Below are positions 35,216 to 43,465 of a stretch of DNA of 64,000 bases, piece after piece. Made by a program: the position numbers and the translations under genes. The first letter of the stretch is position 1; each line of letters starts with the position of its first letter. Under the pieces are notes generated by a model. That model saw only the letters and a program-made list of their open reading frames with translations. It had not been told where the DNA came from and did not search any database. The stretch is from the sequence record MN101221.1; one strand, written 5' to 3'. The DNA is from Klebsiella phage KMI7.

Positions 35216-35422
35216 TTATTCTTCTTCATCAAAATTATTTTGCGCGTAGTATTCACACACTGCATCTTCTGGGGTGCAACCGTCCGAGTAAAGAGCATAC
35301 ATCAGATCTTCGTCATAATCAGAAGAACCCAGCATATGTTGAACAGAGCGTTTCCATTTGTTGTAATCTTTTTCGCCCTGGGTTTCGCTGTTTTCTGATT
35401 TAAGCATTTCGTACATGTTCAT
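35216..35422 (-). CDS. hypothetical acidic protein (68 aa)
   Basis: ORF. ATGA-coupled with the upstream small ORF. Confidence 0.4.
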   Translation of the reverse strand: MNMYEMLKSENSETQGEKDYNKWKRSVQHMLGSSDYDEDLMYALYSDGCTPEDAVCEYYAQNNFDEEE

Positions 35423-35568
35423 AGGAATCTCCCGTAGTCGGTTGCAGCATCTTCCGGATCCGCATCAAGTTCGTACAGTTCGCGAGCTAGTGCGCTGGGT
35501 TTAATATCGCGCCCTAAGTGGGCGCTAACATTACGTAGCCATTTCATATAGGGTTCGAATTTGTTCAT
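35419..35568 (-). CDS. small protein (49 aa), not in the ORF track
   Basis: I translated it by hand: MNKFEPYMKWLRNVSAHLGRD... ATGA-coupled at both ends. Confidence 0.3.
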   Translation of the reverse strand: MNKFEPYMKWLRNVSAHLGRDIKPSALARELYELDADPEDAATDYGRFL

Positions 35569-35816
35569 TTTATACGTACCGCGTTAAAAGCCTGGTTCCG
35601 GAGATCATACGCTTTTTCAAGCTGTTCTGTAGTGAACAGATCACTATCCGAGTTTACTGTGAAACTGCAAATGGTTTTGTTGTCGGCGTTGACTTCTTCA
35701 ACAACGATATCATAACCCCAAATACCACTTAGTTCACATTTCACGTTACGGTACTTGATATAAACCGCAACAACATCTTCTTTTTTGTAGTTACGGCTTT
35801 TGTATAAAATTTCCAT
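35565..35816 (-). CDS. hypothetical protein (83 aa)
   Basis: ORF with an AGAGGGAG SD. Preceded by a degenerate leader copy. Confidence 0.45.
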   Translation of the reverse strand: MEILYKSRNYKKEDVVAVYIKYRNVKCELSGIWGYDIVVEEVNADNKTICSFTVNSDSDLFTTEQLEKAYDLRNQAFNAVRIK

Positions 35817-35889
35817 TTCAAACTCCCTCTGCTTCGTTTCGATGGGGTAACAATACCAAATTCAAACCAGGATTGTTTAGCAATTAGTG

Positions 35890-36051
35890 CTATAACACAA
35901 ACGAACGCCCATCTTTTATAGATCGTTCCAGCGATGAAGCGGTTACTGTAAACTCAGGAAACCAGCACCCAAGATTACTTGACCACCACCAGACATTCAC
36001 GCCGTCTGTTTTAAATTCGATGTTAAGGTAAGTATTGAAAACGTGTTTCAT
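35890..36051 (-). CDS. small protein (about 53 aa)
   Basis: Start trimmed to MKHVFN with an AGGGGA SD. The longer frame overlaps the upstream gene. Confidence 0.35.
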   Translation of the reverse strand: MKHVFNTYLNIEFKTDGVNVWWWSSNLGCWFPEFTVTASSLERSIKDGRSFVL

Positions 36052-36061
36052 GTTGTTCCCC

Positions 36062-36340
36062 TTACGCCATTTTCTTAGCGATTTTCCAGGAGGCTTTGAA
36101 CGCCGGAACGTCTTCAATATCAATCCAGAAACCAGATCCGAAACCATCACTATAGCAAGGGCAACCGTCGCAGTAGTTTTCCCAGGTCATCACTTCACCA
36201 CCAACAGAAGCACCAGTTTCCATAGCACGTAATGCATCTTCAACTTTTTCCAGTTTTTCGGCGTTGTCGTCGTAAATGACAAAGTACCATTTACCGTTGT
36301 ATTCGTTACCCAGTTTGATTGATTCGCGAACAAGTTTCAT
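36062..36340 (-). CDS. hypothetical protein (about 92 aa) with CxxC..C pair
   Basis: Start MKLVRE with an AGGAA SD. Downstream of promoter 36379-36406. Confidence 0.45.
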   Translation of the reverse strand: MKLVRESIKLGNEYNGKWYFVIYDDNAEKLEKVEDALRAMETGASVGGEVMTWENYCDGCPCYSDGFGSGFWIDIEDVPAFKASWKIAKKMA

Positions 36341-36378
36341 GATGATTTCCTTTTTGTCTGTTTCGTTTCTATGTGTGT

Positions 36379-36406
36379 AATATACCACAACCAGAATTTA
36401 ATGCAA
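36379..36406 (-). promoter_or_regulatory. sigma70-type early promoter (TTGCAT-16-TATATT), cassette copy without stem-loop
   Basis: Minus-strand TTGCAT..TATATT followed by the conserved leader ACACACATAGAAACGAAACAG. Confidence 0.45.
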
Positions 36407-36409
36407 CAT

Positions 36410-36742
36410 TTATTTTGCTTCGAGTTCAATATTTTTCCATGTTTTCATCGGAACCCCTATCGCATCCCAAAACTTAACATCTTCCGCTGCAATCAGAGTA
36501 AAGAAGATCCCAGTTTTCCAGTATTTCCCGTTTCTGATTTCGTTTGCGATCTCATTCAACTGGTCGCAAAAATGTTCAGTCCAACTAACATCACCATCCC
36601 AACGAGTTTTCCCGTTGTACAGAGAGAATATGAAACTATCAATATAAGAAGATTTTCCGGTAGAGATACCCATCAAAACAGCCAGGATTGTGCGAACTGC
36701 ATATAAATTCTGAACCTCAACACTTCTCGTTTTAATAGTCAT
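36410..36742 (-). CDS. hypothetical protein (about 110 aa)
   Basis: Start MTIKTR with an AGGAA SD. Downstream of cassette 36776-36812. Confidence 0.45.
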   Translation of the reverse strand: MTIKTRSVEVQNLYAVRTILAVLMGISTGKSSYIDSFIFSLYNGKTRWDGDVSWTEHFCDQLNEIANEIRNGKYWKTGIFFTLIAAEDVKFWDAIGVPMKTWKNIELEAK

Positions 36743-36775
36743 TTCATGATTCCTCTGTTTTGTTTCGATGAATGC

Positions 36776-36812
36776 AATATAACAAAACCCCTCACCATAG
36801 GCAAGGGGTTTT
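36776..36812 (-). promoter_or_regulatory. promoter/stem-loop cassette (TTGCCT in hairpin loop, 17-nt spacer, TATATT)
   Basis: Hairpin AACCCCT-11nt-AGGGGTT. The -35 TTGCCT lies inside the loop and the -10 TATATT just downstream. Same architecture as 13519-13552 but with different stem bases. Confidence 0.5.
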
Positions 36813-36820
36813 TGCAAAAA

Positions 36821-37078
36821 TCATCGTTTGATTGGGGTATTATCTATAACCCTTTGAATTTCCGAACGCATCGTAGAATACTGACACAATTCGGTAAGCG
36901 CCCGATCCAGGTGCATCATAGCGTAAGAAAACTCCTTTCCGCATTTGTCACATCGAGCGTATAAATGTAAATGGATGCGCCCGATCCCATCTACCTGACT
37001 ATATTTCTGGAATATGTAAGGATCTGCACCCCGATAACCAGTTGCTTGATGCTTACACTCTCGTTTGAACCATGACAT
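36821..37078 (-). CDS. small zinc-finger protein (85 aa)
   Basis: CKHQ...CDKCGKEF...C pattern. Confidence 0.4.
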   Translation of the reverse strand: MSWFKRECKHQATGYRGADPYIFQKYSQVDGIGRIHLHLYARCDKCGKEFSYAMMHLDRALTELCQYSTMRSEIQRVIDNTPIKR

Positions 37079-37653
37079 TAATAATATCCTTGTACGTTGA
37101 AGCGATCACATAACAATTTTCTTGTTTGGTTAGTATCGCTTTGGATAGAATTCAACATAGCGCTGATCATGTTTAAGTTATTTTGCATCATTTCCGCGCT
37201 CATGAGAACTTCCATACGCGCACGTAAGCGTTTATTTTCTTCTTCCAACTCAACCATACGGTCATATGCTTTTATGCGCTCTAAGGGCATATCAGGGCGC
37301 TCTTTGAGTACGCGAGCACGTTCAACCTCACAAGCATGATTTGCTTTCCAGTGGTTCGATTCCGCTTCAAATTTATTGAGGCGGCGGATCTCTTCAACCA
37401 GCTTTTTGATCATGTGTGGATCCATCATGTCGATGAATTTCATCAAGCAATTGGATTTTGTTTGGTTGTCAGCAACAGACCAAGACGAATTATACGTAAC
37501 CGTAAACGTGCGGCCCATTTCATCAACAACCCCGATCTTGTTATCATCGGTGATTGCAGCCGCCCATTTCTCCCGCATGGCTGTACAGGTTCCGCTGGCT
37601 ACACTGTGCAACTTGTTTAATGTTGCATCATCAAACACAATTTCATCACTCAT
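37078..37653 (-). CDS. hypothetical protein (191 aa), coiled-coil C-terminus
   Basis: ORF. Confidence 0.5.
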   Translation of the reverse strand: MSDEIVFDDATLNKLHSVASGTCTAMREKWAAAITDDNKIGVVDEMGRTFTVTYNSSWSVADNQTKSNCLMKFIDMMDPHMIKKLVEEIRRLNKFEAESNHWKANHACEVERARVLKERPDMPLERIKAYDRMVELEEENKRLRARMEVLMSAEMMQNNLNMISAMLNSIQSDTNQTRKLLCDRFNVQGYY

Positions 37654-37660
37654 ATATGCC

Positions 37661-38059
37661 TCACATAGATTTCAAAATACGCAGAAGTGCGTTAGTAAAG
37701 ATATCAGGAACACAACCACCAAACAACTTATGATTCATCAGCGCTAATTTCATGCTGTGATTTTCAGTATATCGCCCGTTCTGGATCCCCCAGGCAACGA
37801 CATTACCAGGTTCATGAATAACTAAGTTGGTGAGAGTAACGGTCATGCGCTCTTTATCATTGATAGAAAATGAATAGCAGTAACCGGATCCGATGTCGCC
37901 GTAAAGGTTAAGGTCTTTCAATTTCCCTTGCTCATGCAAGCGTTTCATATGAACTGCACATGCATGATTAATAGTCATTTCGTCATCCCTAGCCCAGTCA
38001 TCAATACCAGAGGTATAACGAATATTGAAATAGTTAGTCAGTTCATTTGATACGCTCAT
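37661..38059 (-). CDS. hypothetical protein (about 132 aa)
   Basis: Start trimmed to MSVSNEL with a GAGG SD. Confidence 0.45.
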   Translation of the reverse strand: MSVSNELTNYFNIRYTSGIDDWARDDEMTINHACAVHMKRLHEQGKLKDLNLYGDIGSGYCYSFSINDKERMTVTLTNLVIHEPGNVVAWGIQNGRYTENHSMKLALMNHKLFGGCVPDIFTNALLRILKSM

Positions 38060-38261
38060 TAGAAACCTCACTTTTATAAAATTCTTTACCAGTCCCATTA
38101 CAGCTACTGCATTTGGGGGAACGGTTGTTATCATACCGCCCCGATCCGTTACATGCAACACATTTCCTTAATTTCCAGCCATACACGAACCTCATGTAAT
38201 AATCGGTTCGTGCGGCCTTGCGTTCATGGAAATTCATGCTTTGTAAACCTGAACCAACCAC
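38043..38261 (-). CDS. small zinc-ribbon protein (72 aa)
   Basis: CVACNGSG...CSSCNGTG, a DnaJ-CR-like CxxCxGxG pair. Confidence 0.4.
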   Translation of the reverse strand: MVGSGLQSMNFHERKAARTDYYMRFVYGWKLRKCVACNGSGRYDNNRSPKCSSCNGTGKEFYKSEVSNERIK

Positions 38262-38434
38262 ATTTCGATGTTAGGCGCGTAAGTAACGTTTACCTTATGC
38301 ATAGTGCGGTATTTGTAAGCGGCTTTGTACGCATCGAGTTCAGTCGGAACACAGAAAGAGAAACCGTTATCATAGCGTTCTGCGTTAGAAACTTCACAAC
38401 CAACTACAGCGGCAATGTTTTTATTCATGTTCAT
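38234..38434 (-). CDS. small protein (about 66 aa)
   Basis: Start MNMNKN with an AGGAAA SD. First gene downstream of cassette 38471-38504. Confidence 0.4.
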   Translation of the reverse strand: MNMNKNIAAVVGCEVSNAERYDNGFSFCVPTELDAYKAAYKYRTMHKVNVTYAPNIEMWLVQVYKA

Positions 38435-38470
38435 GATGTTTTCCTTTCTCTGTTTCGTTTCGATGTGTGT

Positions 38471-38504
38471 AATATAACAAAGCCCCTGCACGAATGCAAG
38501 GGCT
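38471..38504 (-). promoter_or_regulatory. promoter/stem-loop cassette (TTGCAT-17-TATATT with embedded GC hairpin)
   Basis: aatataacaaagcccctgcacgaatgcaagggcttttt. On the minus strand: terminator hairpin, -35 in the loop, then the -10. Confidence 0.55.
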
Positions 38505-38510
38505 TTTTGA

Positions 38511-39425
38511 TTATTTTGGTAATTTTTCGATGGTTGCTTTCAACTCATTGATTTTATTAAAGAGTTCATCGCTATATTTCATCAACTCAGTACGGCGCTT
38601 TTCGGCCCACTTGATCAGGAATTCAGGAGAATCTACACCATACGTGTAACCGTCGGCACTTAGTTGAATACGAGCACGGGAACCATAATCAACAGAACTT
38701 TGTTCAATGAGAAACTTAACCGCATCAAGCAGGGCTAAATCTTCATGACTTACCATGATTCCTTCTGCCTTTGGAAGATCCACAACTTCATCCTGAATGA
38801 GTTCACGGCGGGTTGTTTCTTCCAGTGTTTCATGATTCTGGATCATCGTTTCGACCGGATCCTTTGCCACGACTGGTTTATTTTCACCTACTTCTTCCAA
38901 AAACATCAACATCCATCCAGGAATTTTAGTCCGGAAAGAACTTTGCACTTCACTGGTGCATGAATTTCCCAGAATGTGGATCGCGTTGCCATGCATATCA
39001 ACTTTATTGATATAGATAACGTTCTGCTGTTCCTGTCGGTTGCTACCATAAGAAAGGAAGCGGCGTAACGATGTGTTATGACCATACTTCCCTAAATCGA
39101 TTTCAGCCAGGCAATCAATGATCCCACGGTTAGAAACCTTGTAGCGCTTACCCTGTTTGAAAAATAACGATTCTTCCATGTGAGTAGGGTTAAACTCTTC
39201 ATAAAGCACATAGAATTCTTTAGGAATTTTGCGCTGAACCAGACTCAGTTTACAATTATTAGAAGGAACGATAACAGAGTGAATGTTTCCTTCTGTATCA
39301 CACATAGCTTGCATTACTTGCGGATAGTAAAGATGGTCTTTCTTGCAAGTATAGCTATGGATACGACTCTGACGTTTTTTGAAGTACCATTTACCAGTTT
39401 CAAAAGGCGCTGTTGTAAAATTCAT
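38511..39425 (-). CDS. hypothetical protein (304 aa)
   Basis: Long ORF. ATGA-coupled to the upstream DUF262-like gene. Confidence 0.55.
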   Translation of the reverse strand: MNFTTAPFETGKWYFKKRQSRIHSYTCKKDHLYYPQVMQAMCDTEGNIHSVIVPSNNCKLSLVQRKIPKEFYVLYEEFNPTHMEESLFFKQGKRYKVSNRGIIDCLAEIDLGKYGHNTSLRRFLSYGSNRQEQQNVIYINKVDMHGNAIHILGNSCTSEVQSSFRTKIPGWMLMFLEEVGENKPVVAKDPVETMIQNHETLEETTRRELIQDEVVDLPKAEGIMVSHEDLALLDAVKFLIEQSSVDYGSRARIQLSADGYTYGVDSPEFLIKWAEKRRTELMKYSDELFNKINELKATIEKLPK

Positions 39426-39949
39426 TTTGCATTCTCATACATAGTTAAAATTGCTTGCATATGTTCCGGTGATTGTGGAACCCCTGCAAAGTTCACTTTC
39501 AAAAAGAAATTCAACCGATCTTTTATGTTGCACTCATCGAGTCCAAGCGCTGGTAATGAAATGTTTTCAAAAGCACGTTGTTCATGTCTTTCCATTTCAC
39601 CCCAAAACAAACGGGAACCGTTAGGCATCGGTATTCCAATTTCATTGTTCCAGAATTTCATGATAGTTGTCAAGCGCTGTTTTCCGTCAATGACTTCTAC
39701 CCATCGAGATTCGTTGAATTCACTATCAACCGCGATCGCAATGATACCGCAAGGAAACCCAGTAATCAAAGTTTTCATGAAAGCATCTTGCTCTTTCTGC
39801 TTCCACACGTAGGGCCGCTGATAGGACGGATTCAGATCCAGATCGTTGTTCTTGAACCAGTGAATGTAACTACCAACCATGATCGCATGATCGCGACTTT
39901 GGAAAGTTTTTAACTCACGAATACGGTTTCTTACAATTTCATCCGACAT
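39422..39949 (-). CDS. DUF262 / ParB-like nuclease (NTPase) domain protein
   Basis: 175 aa. YQRPYVW ... GFPCGIIAI ... IDGKQRLTT matches the DUF262 (GmrSD N-terminal, ParB/Srx fold) core motifs. Confidence 0.6.
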   Translation of the reverse strand: MSDEIVRNRIRELKTFQSRDHAIMVGSYIHWFKNNDLDLNPSYQRPYVWKQKEQDAFMKTLITGFPCGIIAIAVDSEFNESRWVEVIDGKQRLTTIMKFWNNEIGIPMPNGSRLFWGEMERHEQRAFENISLPALGLDECNIKDRLNFFLKVNFAGVPQSPEHMQAILTMYENAK

Positions 39950-40271
39950 TATGTATCACCCACAGCAATAAAAAAGAATTGATAAATGCAAAAGTGGTAC
40001 AGATTGCAGCAAAAACACGCGCATTATGAACCTGTGTTTTCAATTCTGCGATCTCTTGATCCTTTTCGCTTTCAAACTCTTCGCGAGTACCATAATACCC
40101 AGGATCGTTAGCCGTTGCCAATCTAACCGCATCTTTTTCAACCAGCGTTGCGTAACCGCTTTTTATTTGTGTCGCCCCGTACCATCCACCCCGATCGTTG
40201 TTAATGATCAGATGATCGCCCTTTTCGTTATGCTTTGATTCGCCAACAACAATAACCCGCTTACCATTCAT
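39939..40271 (-). CDS. hypothetical protein with C-terminal TM anchor (110 aa)
   Basis: ORF with a hydrophobic C-terminus. Confidence 0.45.
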   Translation of the reverse strand: MNGKRVIVVGESKHNEKGDHLIINNDRGGWYGATQIKSGYATLVEKDAVRLATANDPGYYGTREEFESEKDQEIAELKTQVHNARVFAAICTTFAFINSFLLLWVIHNVG

Positions 40272-40284
40272 AATATGATCCTCA

Positions 40285-40303
40285 AAGGGGCCGAAGCCCC
40301 TAT
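40285..40303. terminator. GC tetraloop hairpin GGGGCC-GAAG-CCCC
   Basis: aaaggggccgaagcccctattt. Confidence 0.5.
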
Positions 40304-40557
40304 TTCGCGTTCTTCTGTAGATAATATAACAGATTTCCGCTTTGATGTAAATCTAAAACTTTAGAAAACTTCTCTGCGTTTCTTTCGTTTGTGAGTTCGT
40401 CGAAATGCCATACACCATCATCAGCTATTAACGCGCCAGGTGATGAACCTGTTTCTACATCACGGGAAAGCGCAAGCCCCAGAGGGTGTAAGATTTCGCG
40501 GTTAATGCGCCAAACAAGGCCCATTTCAGATAGAGTATTAAAATCGACGTATCTCAT
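40300..40557 (-). CDS. hypothetical protein (85 aa)
   Basis: ORF. Confidence 0.4.
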   Translation of the reverse strand: MRYVDFNTLSEMGLVWRINREILHPLGLALSRDVETGSSPGALIADDGVWHFDELTNERNAEKFSKVLDLHQSGNLLYYLQKNAK

Positions 40558-40558
40558 A

Positions 40559-40942
40559 TTATGCCTTTGGTTTCACACCGTAGGCCAACATACCGAAACG
40601 ATGATCATTATCTGCATCTTTAAACAGAACTTCGTTACCATCAATGCAGATGACCTTTGCTTCCGGATCGATGTATGGTAACAACCATAAAGGGATCAGG
40701 CGTAGGCCGCTATGTTCATCCCAGCGACTGAAATTGAGTTCTTCCAGTTCATCAAGGGAAAGATCATTAGGATCGATATAACGGAACCATTTGGTATTTT
40801 TGAGGCGGTCGGGGAAGTTTACGATTTCTTCATAGCCGAATTCAGCACTCCATGAAGAGTAAACAGTGACTTCGGATGCTTTGGTTAAAACAGCATCACG
40901 AATTGATTTGCAGATATCGATTAAAGTCAGTTGATTTTCCAT
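40559..40942 (-). CDS. hypothetical protein (127 aa)
   Basis: ORF. Confidence 0.45.
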   Translation of the reverse strand: MENQLTLIDICKSIRDAVLTKASEVTVYSSWSAEFGYEEIVNFPDRLKNTKWFRYIDPNDLSLDELEELNFSRWDEHSGLRLIPLWLLPYIDPEAKVICIDGNEVLFKDADNDHRFGMLAYGVKPKA

Positions 40943-40952
40943 GATATATTTC

Positions 40953-41360
40953 TCATCTTGCTAAAATTTTAGGCAGTAGTTGCCCCATCGTTTTACGTGC
41001 ATGTGACGGAATCTGTGAGATCGGGACATATTTAAAATCATCCATTTCACGTATAGTCCGTCCGTTCTTAACGAAAGTTGATGCACAATAGCATTCTTCC
41101 GCTACTGGGTAATCTTGCCCTACATAGAGGAATAAAGCAAGGTTTTTTGTTTTCGTGTAATCGAGAACACCCAGACTAACCAATTCCTCCGCGAACACTT
41201 CAAATCCTGTTTCTTCGAAGCATTCGCGGATCGCCGCGTCAATGTGAGTTTCGCCCTTTTCAACATGCCCCTTCGGAATATCCCAATGGGGCGTTTCAGT
41301 GGCATGGCCCATCAACACGGCACCATCTTTAACAAAGATAATACCCGCTGATAGTTCCAT
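40953..41360 (-). CDS. NUDIX hydrolase
   Basis: Nudix box GHVEKGETHIDAAIRECFEETGF (Gx5Ex7REUxEExGU). Confidence 0.8.
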   Translation of the reverse strand: MELSAGIIFVKDGAVLMGHATETPHWDIPKGHVEKGETHIDAAIRECFEETGFEVFAEELVSLGVLDYTKTKNLALFLYVGQDYPVAEECYCASTFVKNGRTIREMDDFKYVPISQIPSHARKTMGQLLPKILAR

Positions 41361-41606
41361 TTATTCACCTTCAAAAGCGTTATCAAATGCTTCAAGTGCT
41401 TTGTTAGCGCGAGCACTGGCTTTTGTCACACCAGCAGAAAGGTTTTCGAAGAAAGTATGTTTCCACACTTCGCGGCGACTGGATTCATGTTCCAGAAGGT
41501 TTTTGTGATTACCGCGAATCTGTTCTTCCATGTTGTAACGGTACAGATCGAGTTCTGTGTTTAATTCCTGTTCTAATGCCTGTGCAAATACTTGATCAAT
41601 ATTCAT
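41361..41606 (-). CDS. hypothetical protein (81 aa)
   Basis: ORF. Confidence 0.4.
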   Translation of the reverse strand: MNIDQVFAQALEQELNTELDLYRYNMEEQIRGNHKNLLEHESSRREVWKHTFFENLSAGVTKASARANKALEAFDNAFEGE

Positions 41607-41854
41607 TTTGTATAGCCTATTTCAGATTTAAGGTTTTCGAGGGTAGAATGATAAACAACATTCCCTTCGTGTCGAGTATACCATACTTTTCCGTTCTGGT
41701 TACACTCATTCATTACATTTTCATCTAAACCAGGGTTCGGCTTCATGCTGGGAGAAAACGCGATAGACATCATTTGTTCTGCACTATCAGCAAACCCACA
41801 AGGGAAAACAGATCCAGTTGGTTTATCAAGATACATCAACTCTACTTTAGCCAT
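41603..41854 (-). CDS. hypothetical protein (about 83 aa)
   Basis: Start MAKVEL. Overlaps the upstream stop as ATGGCTAA. Confidence 0.4.
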   Translation of the reverse strand: MAKVELMYLDKPTGSVFPCGFADSAEQMMSIAFSPSMKPNPGLDENVMNECNQNGKVWYTRHEGNVVYHSTLENLKSEIGYTK

Positions 41855-42140
41855 AGATTTCTTCGAAATCCTCACAATCAGGCAAATACGTTTCACAGAA
41901 GGTGCAAAGCGTAAAGAATGCAGGTTGACGAATACCAGGATTATCCGGTAGATACATCCAGAAGGTGTTAGCAAACACGATGAATGTTTTCAGGTTTTCG
42001 GTGGTGATTTCGCTAACACCATCATACCCGGATTGATTGATCGCGCGTTGCAGTGGCACCTCATACTGTTCGCAATAGTCGGCATAATGATCGCTTGTTA
42101 CAAGGCCATTAGCCATTTTAATCAAATCGACGATTTTCAT
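41847..42140 (-). CDS. hypothetical protein (97 aa)
   Basis: ORF. Confidence 0.4.
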   Translation of the reverse strand: MKIVDLIKMANGLVTSDHYADYCEQYEVPLQRAINQSGYDGVSEITTENLKTFIVFANTFWMYLPDNPGIRQPAFFTLCTFCETYLPDCEDFEEIYG

Positions 42141-42472
42141 GATTTTACATATTCCACTTTAACAGGTTTTGCAACAAATTTATCTTTGGTGCGCCCATGA
42201 CCATTACACAGGTCACATTCTTTGTTGAAATCTTTCATATCTTCAACCCATCCAGAATCTGGCAACCCAGACGGATATGCGTTATAACGAATGGTTTCAT
42301 AACCTTTTCCGTTGCACTTCGGGCAAACATGAGGACGTTCTTTTTTAGCAGACTCTGCCAGTTCGCGAAGGGTGGTAGAACTACCATAAGCCCGACACAT
42401 GTTTTCAAAGTCTTTTAAAGTCATTCTATAAACATCAATGACGTTATATTTTTTGCCGGATGGTTTAGCCAT
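42137..42472 (-). CDS. zinc-ribbon protein (about 111 aa)
   Basis: Start MAKPSG. CPKCNGKG...CDLCNGHG. Confidence 0.45.
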   Translation of the reverse strand: MAKPSGKKYNVIDVYRMTLKDFENMCRAYGSSTTLRELAESAKKERPHVCPKCNGKGYETIRYNAYPSGLPDSGWVEDMKDFNKECDLCNGHGRTKDKFVAKPVKVEYVKS

Positions 42473-42482
42473 AATATATTTC

Positions 42483-42623
42483 TCACTTAAAGAATTTTTT
42501 GATGAAAGAGATAGCAAGGCCGATACCAAAGAAAACCCAATATGCTTTACCATCACCATTTGCCAACACATAAACTGCGTTACCGTATGCAAAGATTTCC
42601 GCGATGTTCATTAAGTTTCTCAT
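42483..42623 (-). CDS. small hydrophobic protein (46 aa), not in the ORF track
   Basis: I translated it by hand: MRNLMNIAEIFAYGNAVYVLANG... Strong AAGGAGG SD. Confidence 0.35.
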   Translation of the reverse strand: MRNLMNIAEIFAYGNAVYVLANGDGKAYWVFFGIGLAISFIKKFFK

Positions 42624-42712
42624 GATATCCTCCTTTTTCTATATTAAGTATCTTACCATAATATAAACCAAAGTCAACAACAAAGTTTTATCAACCCACT
42701 TATCACCAGTCA

Positions 42713-42853
42713 TTAGTAATCCCCTACAGGTTGAGACGCCGCAACACTCAGGATCTTGAAAGTGCAATTGTTCCACTCACAATACGTTTTTGCACAGTGA
42801 ACACTTCCTTTCATAACAAACCCGTTTGAGAAAATTAACCAGTAAAGTTTCAT
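42713..42853 (-). CDS. small Cys-rich protein (about 46 aa)
   Basis: Start MKLYWL with an AAGGAGG SD. First gene downstream of cassette 42881-42914. Confidence 0.3.
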   Translation of the reverse strand: MKLYWLIFSNGFVMKGSVHCAKTYCEWNNCTFKILSVAASQPVGDY

Positions 42854-42880
42854 GATAGCCTCCTTTGTTTCGACAAGGCC

Positions 42881-42914
42881 AATATAACAAAGCCCCTGCA
42901 CGAATGCAAGGGCT
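42881..42914 (-). promoter_or_regulatory. promoter/stem-loop cassette (third identical copy)
   Basis: aatataacaaagcccctgcacgaatgcaagggctttttt. Identical to the core sequences at 13519-13552 and 38471-38504. Confidence 0.55.
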
Positions 42915-42918
42915 TTTT

Positions 42919-43458
42919 TCAGTTTTTCAACATCCAAAGTTGCGGAGGACAATCTTTAGAAGCGATTAGACGATCCAGGCGGGACATAACCCGACGATAA
43001 CCGTCGTATTCAAAATTAATTTTTGGTGGAACGTAGTTTACCTGGATTGTTTTTCTGTTAGCTAAAGAAACATACTCAGGGATCACTGTTCGCAACCGTA
43101 TAGCGATGACTGGCTTCTCTTCGCCTTCGTTAAAGAACATTTGAACAGTGATAGGACAGGCAAAAATTTTACCATTTACCCGACGATAAACAATAACTTC
43201 CTGTGTCCCTTCTGTTTTGGCCTTCACAGCGTAGGTTAGAACATAACACGAATAATGATTTGCTAGACTCATCATGATATCGCGATAAGTTTCAATATCT
43301 TTTTTAATCGATACTGAACGGTCTTTAAAGCGATCTGCAATGTGGTCAGCAGTAGCCGCTACCTTGATTGTATACCAGTCACCTAACGCGCTAGTAAACG
43401 CCTCGCTAACTTCTTTTCGTACACTGTTAACAAGATACATTAAACGTGTTCTGTTCAT
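42919..43458 (-). CDS. hypothetical protein (about 179 aa)
   Basis: Start trimmed to MNRTRL with a GAGGA SD. Confidence 0.45.
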   Translation of the reverse strand: MNRTRLMYLVNSVRKEVSEAFTSALGDWYTIKVAATADHIADRFKDRSVSIKKDIETYRDIMMSLANHYSCYVLTYAVKAKTEGTQEVIVYRRVNGKIFACPITVQMFFNEGEEKPVIAIRLRTVIPEYVSLANRKTIQVNYVPPKINFEYDGYRRVMSRLDRLIASKDCPPQLWMLKN

Positions 43459-43465
43459 ATAATCC

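Noticed and set aside
38511-39425. Possible ADP-ribosyltransferase (Alt/Mod-like) assignment for the 304-aa ORF
   Set aside because: Only vague R / S-x-S / E-E resemblance. The spacing does not fit the R-STS-ExE catalytic triad convincingly. Left as hypothetical.
13519-42914. Possibility that the repeated GC hairpins are a CRISPR array
   Set aside because: The repeats are dispersed over 30 kb at gene boundaries. They are not regularly spaced and carry promoter hexamers. They behave as terminator/promoter cassettes, not CRISPR repeats.
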